Positions 61,224 through 64,000 of a stretch of DNA of 64,000 nt are shown piece after piece; position 1 is the first letter of the stretch; each line of letters begins with the position of its first letter. Origin of the DNA: Anthoceros angustus (Eukaryota; Plantae; Anthocerotophyta); NCBI GenBank assembly GCA_010909165.1, contig MU008185.1:248001-312000 (forward strand), given 5' to 3'. A program made the position numbers and the translations under genes. Below the pieces are notes generated by a model that worked only from the letters and a program-made list of their open reading frames with translations, searched no databases and was not told where the DNA came from.

Positions 61224-62635
61224 GTTTTTGCATAGGGGTCAAGCATGCGCCTTAGGAAGGCCGCAGGAGATAGGGTTGATGCTAGCCGCAATTTTGCGAT
61301 GTGAGCGTGGACATCCTTTTGATCAATGCAATGGCACTTCACCGTGAAATTTGGCTCTTTGCACGCAAAGATGAACATTCTTGGCGAGGTTGTTGCTGTA
61401 TGGGAGGAGGAGGTGGTGGGTCGCCATCCCTCTTCCTGCTTCGAGCCGCATCGTGCTTCTTCTTGTTTGAAAGAGGATCGTGGCTCTCATTGTTTCCAGA
61501 TCGTGGGTTCCTTAAGGAATACACGGTCCCAAAGTCCATAGTCAAGACGAGGAAGCGGCCGTGGGCTGTGCATGGTTCGCAAACCATGGCGCCGCCGCCG
61601 CCGCCGCCGTCATTACTGCGATACCCATGCCGGTGTGTAGGGTTTGACAATCAATGGAGCGCAGCAATGCCACGTTAGGGTTTGGTGGCCATTGATTCCT
61701 CAAGAAAACTTAATGGCACAAGGTAGTGCGGAAACATTCAAAACATAGTGTCCGTCTCTTTGTTTTCAAAAGGTGAAAGCACAAAATTTTCAAGGACACC
61801 CGCTTCGAGGACATTGTGTGTGTCCCTTTGGTGCTTGGCCGCTCTTGGTTAGGGCGCCAAAGCGCCATGTGGCCATGTGCTGTGAAAAAGAAACCGTACT
61901 GGAATGTACGGTATATTCCTCAAGATCCCCACGCCTTGCATGGGTTTCGCGAAAAAAAAAATGTCCCATCCCCTCTGTCCCCTTTGGTATGCCATACTAG
62001 CGCTCTCTCAAAGCAACATCAAAAAACCTCTACCTATCATAAAGGAAAAAGCTTAGCTTAAGAGTCTTCAATCACACCTAAAAGTCTATTGTTCTCTGAA
62101 ATAATGGATTCTTTTTCTTTCTTTTAATTGTTTTAGTAAAAATTAGAAATCCCATTTAGGAGGTGAAACTAACATGAATGTATGTTTCAAAAGGTCCCAA
62201 TTATCATTTAGGGAAAAGTCCCATTTATTACATTGTAAACTAAATGGAGTTGGATGGGAGGTCCCATTTAGAGAGAAATCCCATTTATAGAGTTCCCAAT
62301 TAGGGAGGGCCGACTGTAGTGAGGAAGCAATCTGAGAAAGCATGCGCAATCTTTGGAAGCAATATGAGAAAGCAACCTTTGGACTACATATGGAGACCCG
62401 GACGGAGTCTTGACACCGACGGTGACCTAGTTGAGCACTAAACAGTCACTTGCAGAAGATATGCATATGCTTGTTGCGGATCATCCCGACCCACATGCAG
62501 AACAACTTCGTAGGACATCTTTTCAGCATGATTGATGCCTTCAAGTTTGCAATTCCGAATCATGGCAGAAGGCTTGGCAGAATGCTTCACTTACTGCAAA
62601 GTGGGAAGAAAACGATATCGGTCTAAGTAATGACA

Positions 62636-63985
62636 TAATCAGCATGCCTTTTCACGATTGCTGGTACCTTGGAATCCTCGGTTTGGATAAGTACAGGGGC
62701 TCCGAGGCTCTTTTTGTCCTGGTGGCAACATATTATTGGAAGTTGTTTTCGAGACGGCGGACCGTGTTCGCCGTACTTTGAACTTGAGAATTTCTGGTCT
62801 TGGTAATGACATTGTTGCACCACTTGTGGCTGCAAAGGAGTTTCTCAATAGGCTAGAGGTTGATGCGGTCGTTCCTCGAGCCTTCTGGCTTAGAAAGGAT
62901 CCTGGTAGGAAGCGCATATTGATTATGACTTTTCACTCTATGGATCATGCCTCCAGGTTATGAAGGCTAGATCTATGTTACAGATAACTCAGTTATATAT
63001 CAGTGAGGATCTTATCCATGCAATGGAAGACTAAGAAGGAGAAGTGGCTTTCTTCGTGGAGATGAATGGGTGATGTTTGGCCCTCATTCATGCAATTTCG
63101 ACATAATTGAAGATTATTTATCTTATTTAAATTTTATCTTTATATTAGTTCAGACTATTTTACCACAATCTATGTAGTTATTGTATTTCAATCCCATGAC
63201 GAAAATTCGTCCTTAGTGGAGTTAAATAAAATTCTTCTTCTTGAGGGCCCAAAAGTCTGACCAATCTAACAAGTCAATTGCACGCCTTGTGGCCCTTCCA
63301 ACTCATGATCAGCATGCCTTTTCACGATTGTCGGTACCTTGGAATCCTCGGTTTGGATAAGTACAGGGGCTCCGAGGCTCTTTTTGTCCTGGTGGCAACA
63401 TATTATTGGAAGTTGTTTTGAGGCGGACCGTGTTCGTGTTCGTGCTGAACTTGAGAATTTCTGGTCTTGGTAATGACATTGTTGCACCACTTGTGGCTGC
63501 AAAGGAGTTTCTCAATAGGCTAGAGGTTGATGCGGTCGTTCCTCGAGCCTTCTGGCTTAGAAAGGATCCTGGTAGGAAGCGCATATTGATTATGACTTTT
63601 CACTCTATGGATCATGCCTCCAGGTTATGAAGGCTAGATCTATGTTACAGATAACTCAGTTATATATCAGTGAGGATCTTATCCATGCAATGGAAGACTA
63701 AGAAGGAGAAGTGGCTTTCTTTCGTGGAGATGAATGGGTGATGTTTGGCCCTCATTCATGCAATTTCAGTGACACTGTTGAAGATTATTTATCTTATTTA
63801 AATTTTATCTTTATATTAGTTCAGACTATTTTACCACAATCTATGTAGTTATTGTATTTCAATCCCATGACGAAAATTCGTCCTTAGTGGAGTTAAATAA
63901 AATTCTTCTTCTTCGGGGGCCCAAAAGCTGCTACAGCCAATCTAACAAGTCAATTGCACGCCTTGTGGCCCTTCCAACTCATGAT
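62636..63985 (+). mobile_element. Two tandem ~670 bp copies of a decayed LINE ORF1-like fragment
   Basis: Period 670 (62639 vs 63309). Peptide NLRISGLGNDIVAPLVAAKEFLNRLEVDAVVPRAFWLRKDPGRKRILIMTFHSMDHASRL resembles the NhxIxGh...RPIhVxF RRM of LINE ORF1; followed by an AT-rich tail. Confidence 0.6.
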
Positions 63986-64000
63986 ACAGGAGATATTTAG

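Larger units (their letters stand above)
36474..62319. mobile_element. Giant (~25.8 kb) TIR-bounded DNA element, decayed
   Basis: TIRs at 36474-36499 (CTACAGTCCACCCCCCCTAAATGGGA) and 62294-62319 match at 22/26 in inverted orientation. A second inverted block (~44 bp, 36695-36737 vs 61954-61997) contains the GTATG-G-CATAC palindrome. CCCATTTA is repeated near the right end and the subtermini are AT-rich. No TSD found. Confidence 0.8.

Noticed and set aside
36474-62319. Polinton or endogenous giant virus interpretation (integrase + protease + possible ATPase)
   Set aside because: No protein-primed polymerase, capsid or other viral hallmark was recognised; the TIRs are short and the genes have spliceosomal introns.
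36474-62321. Calling the giant element a CACTA/EnSpm transposon
   Set aside because: Only the right end reads CACTA, there is no 3 bp TSD, and no TnpD-like transposase motifs were seen. Kept only as an alternative.
1-64000. rRNA, tRNA or other structured ncRNA genes
   Set aside because: No conserved rRNA segments or tRNA cloverleaf/TTCGA patterns were recognised by eye; tRNAscan-SE and Infernal would be needed to exclude them.

Overview
Eukaryotic nuclear DNA from a compact-intron, non-seed land plant. A hornwort is my best inference, from a DYW:KP PPR gene, mostly 80-200 nt introns and high gene density; a fern or lycophyte is not excluded. Positions 1-36.4 kb are gene-rich: a LINE RT relic, a TA-flanked MITE, a 3-exon PLS-PPR-DYW:KP gene (candidate U-to-C editing factor), an intron-rich gene of the bacterial CimA/LeuA-related clade, a bromodomain gene, a DTX46/EDS5-like MATE, an R3H-SUZ gene, a probably broken RPAC2 copy, a decayed copy of part of the PPR gene, an EG45-like gene, and a 3-exon gene reading four-helix-bundle/U-box/TPR-like/duplicated-LRR. 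Positions 36474-62319 are one ~25.8 kb unit bounded by terminal and subterminal inverted repeats. It carries decayed, intron-containing remnants of an IS3/IS481-like DDE integrase, a PHD-like finger, a Ulp1-like protease and other unidentified coding pieces, chopped up by strand-skewed GC-rich arrays and internal tandem duplications. A tandemly duplicated LINE ORF1-like relic ends the window. No rRNA, tRNA or CRISPR array was seen. All domain calls are by-eye motif matches without database searches, and some frameshifts in the GC-rich element could be long-read assembly errors.
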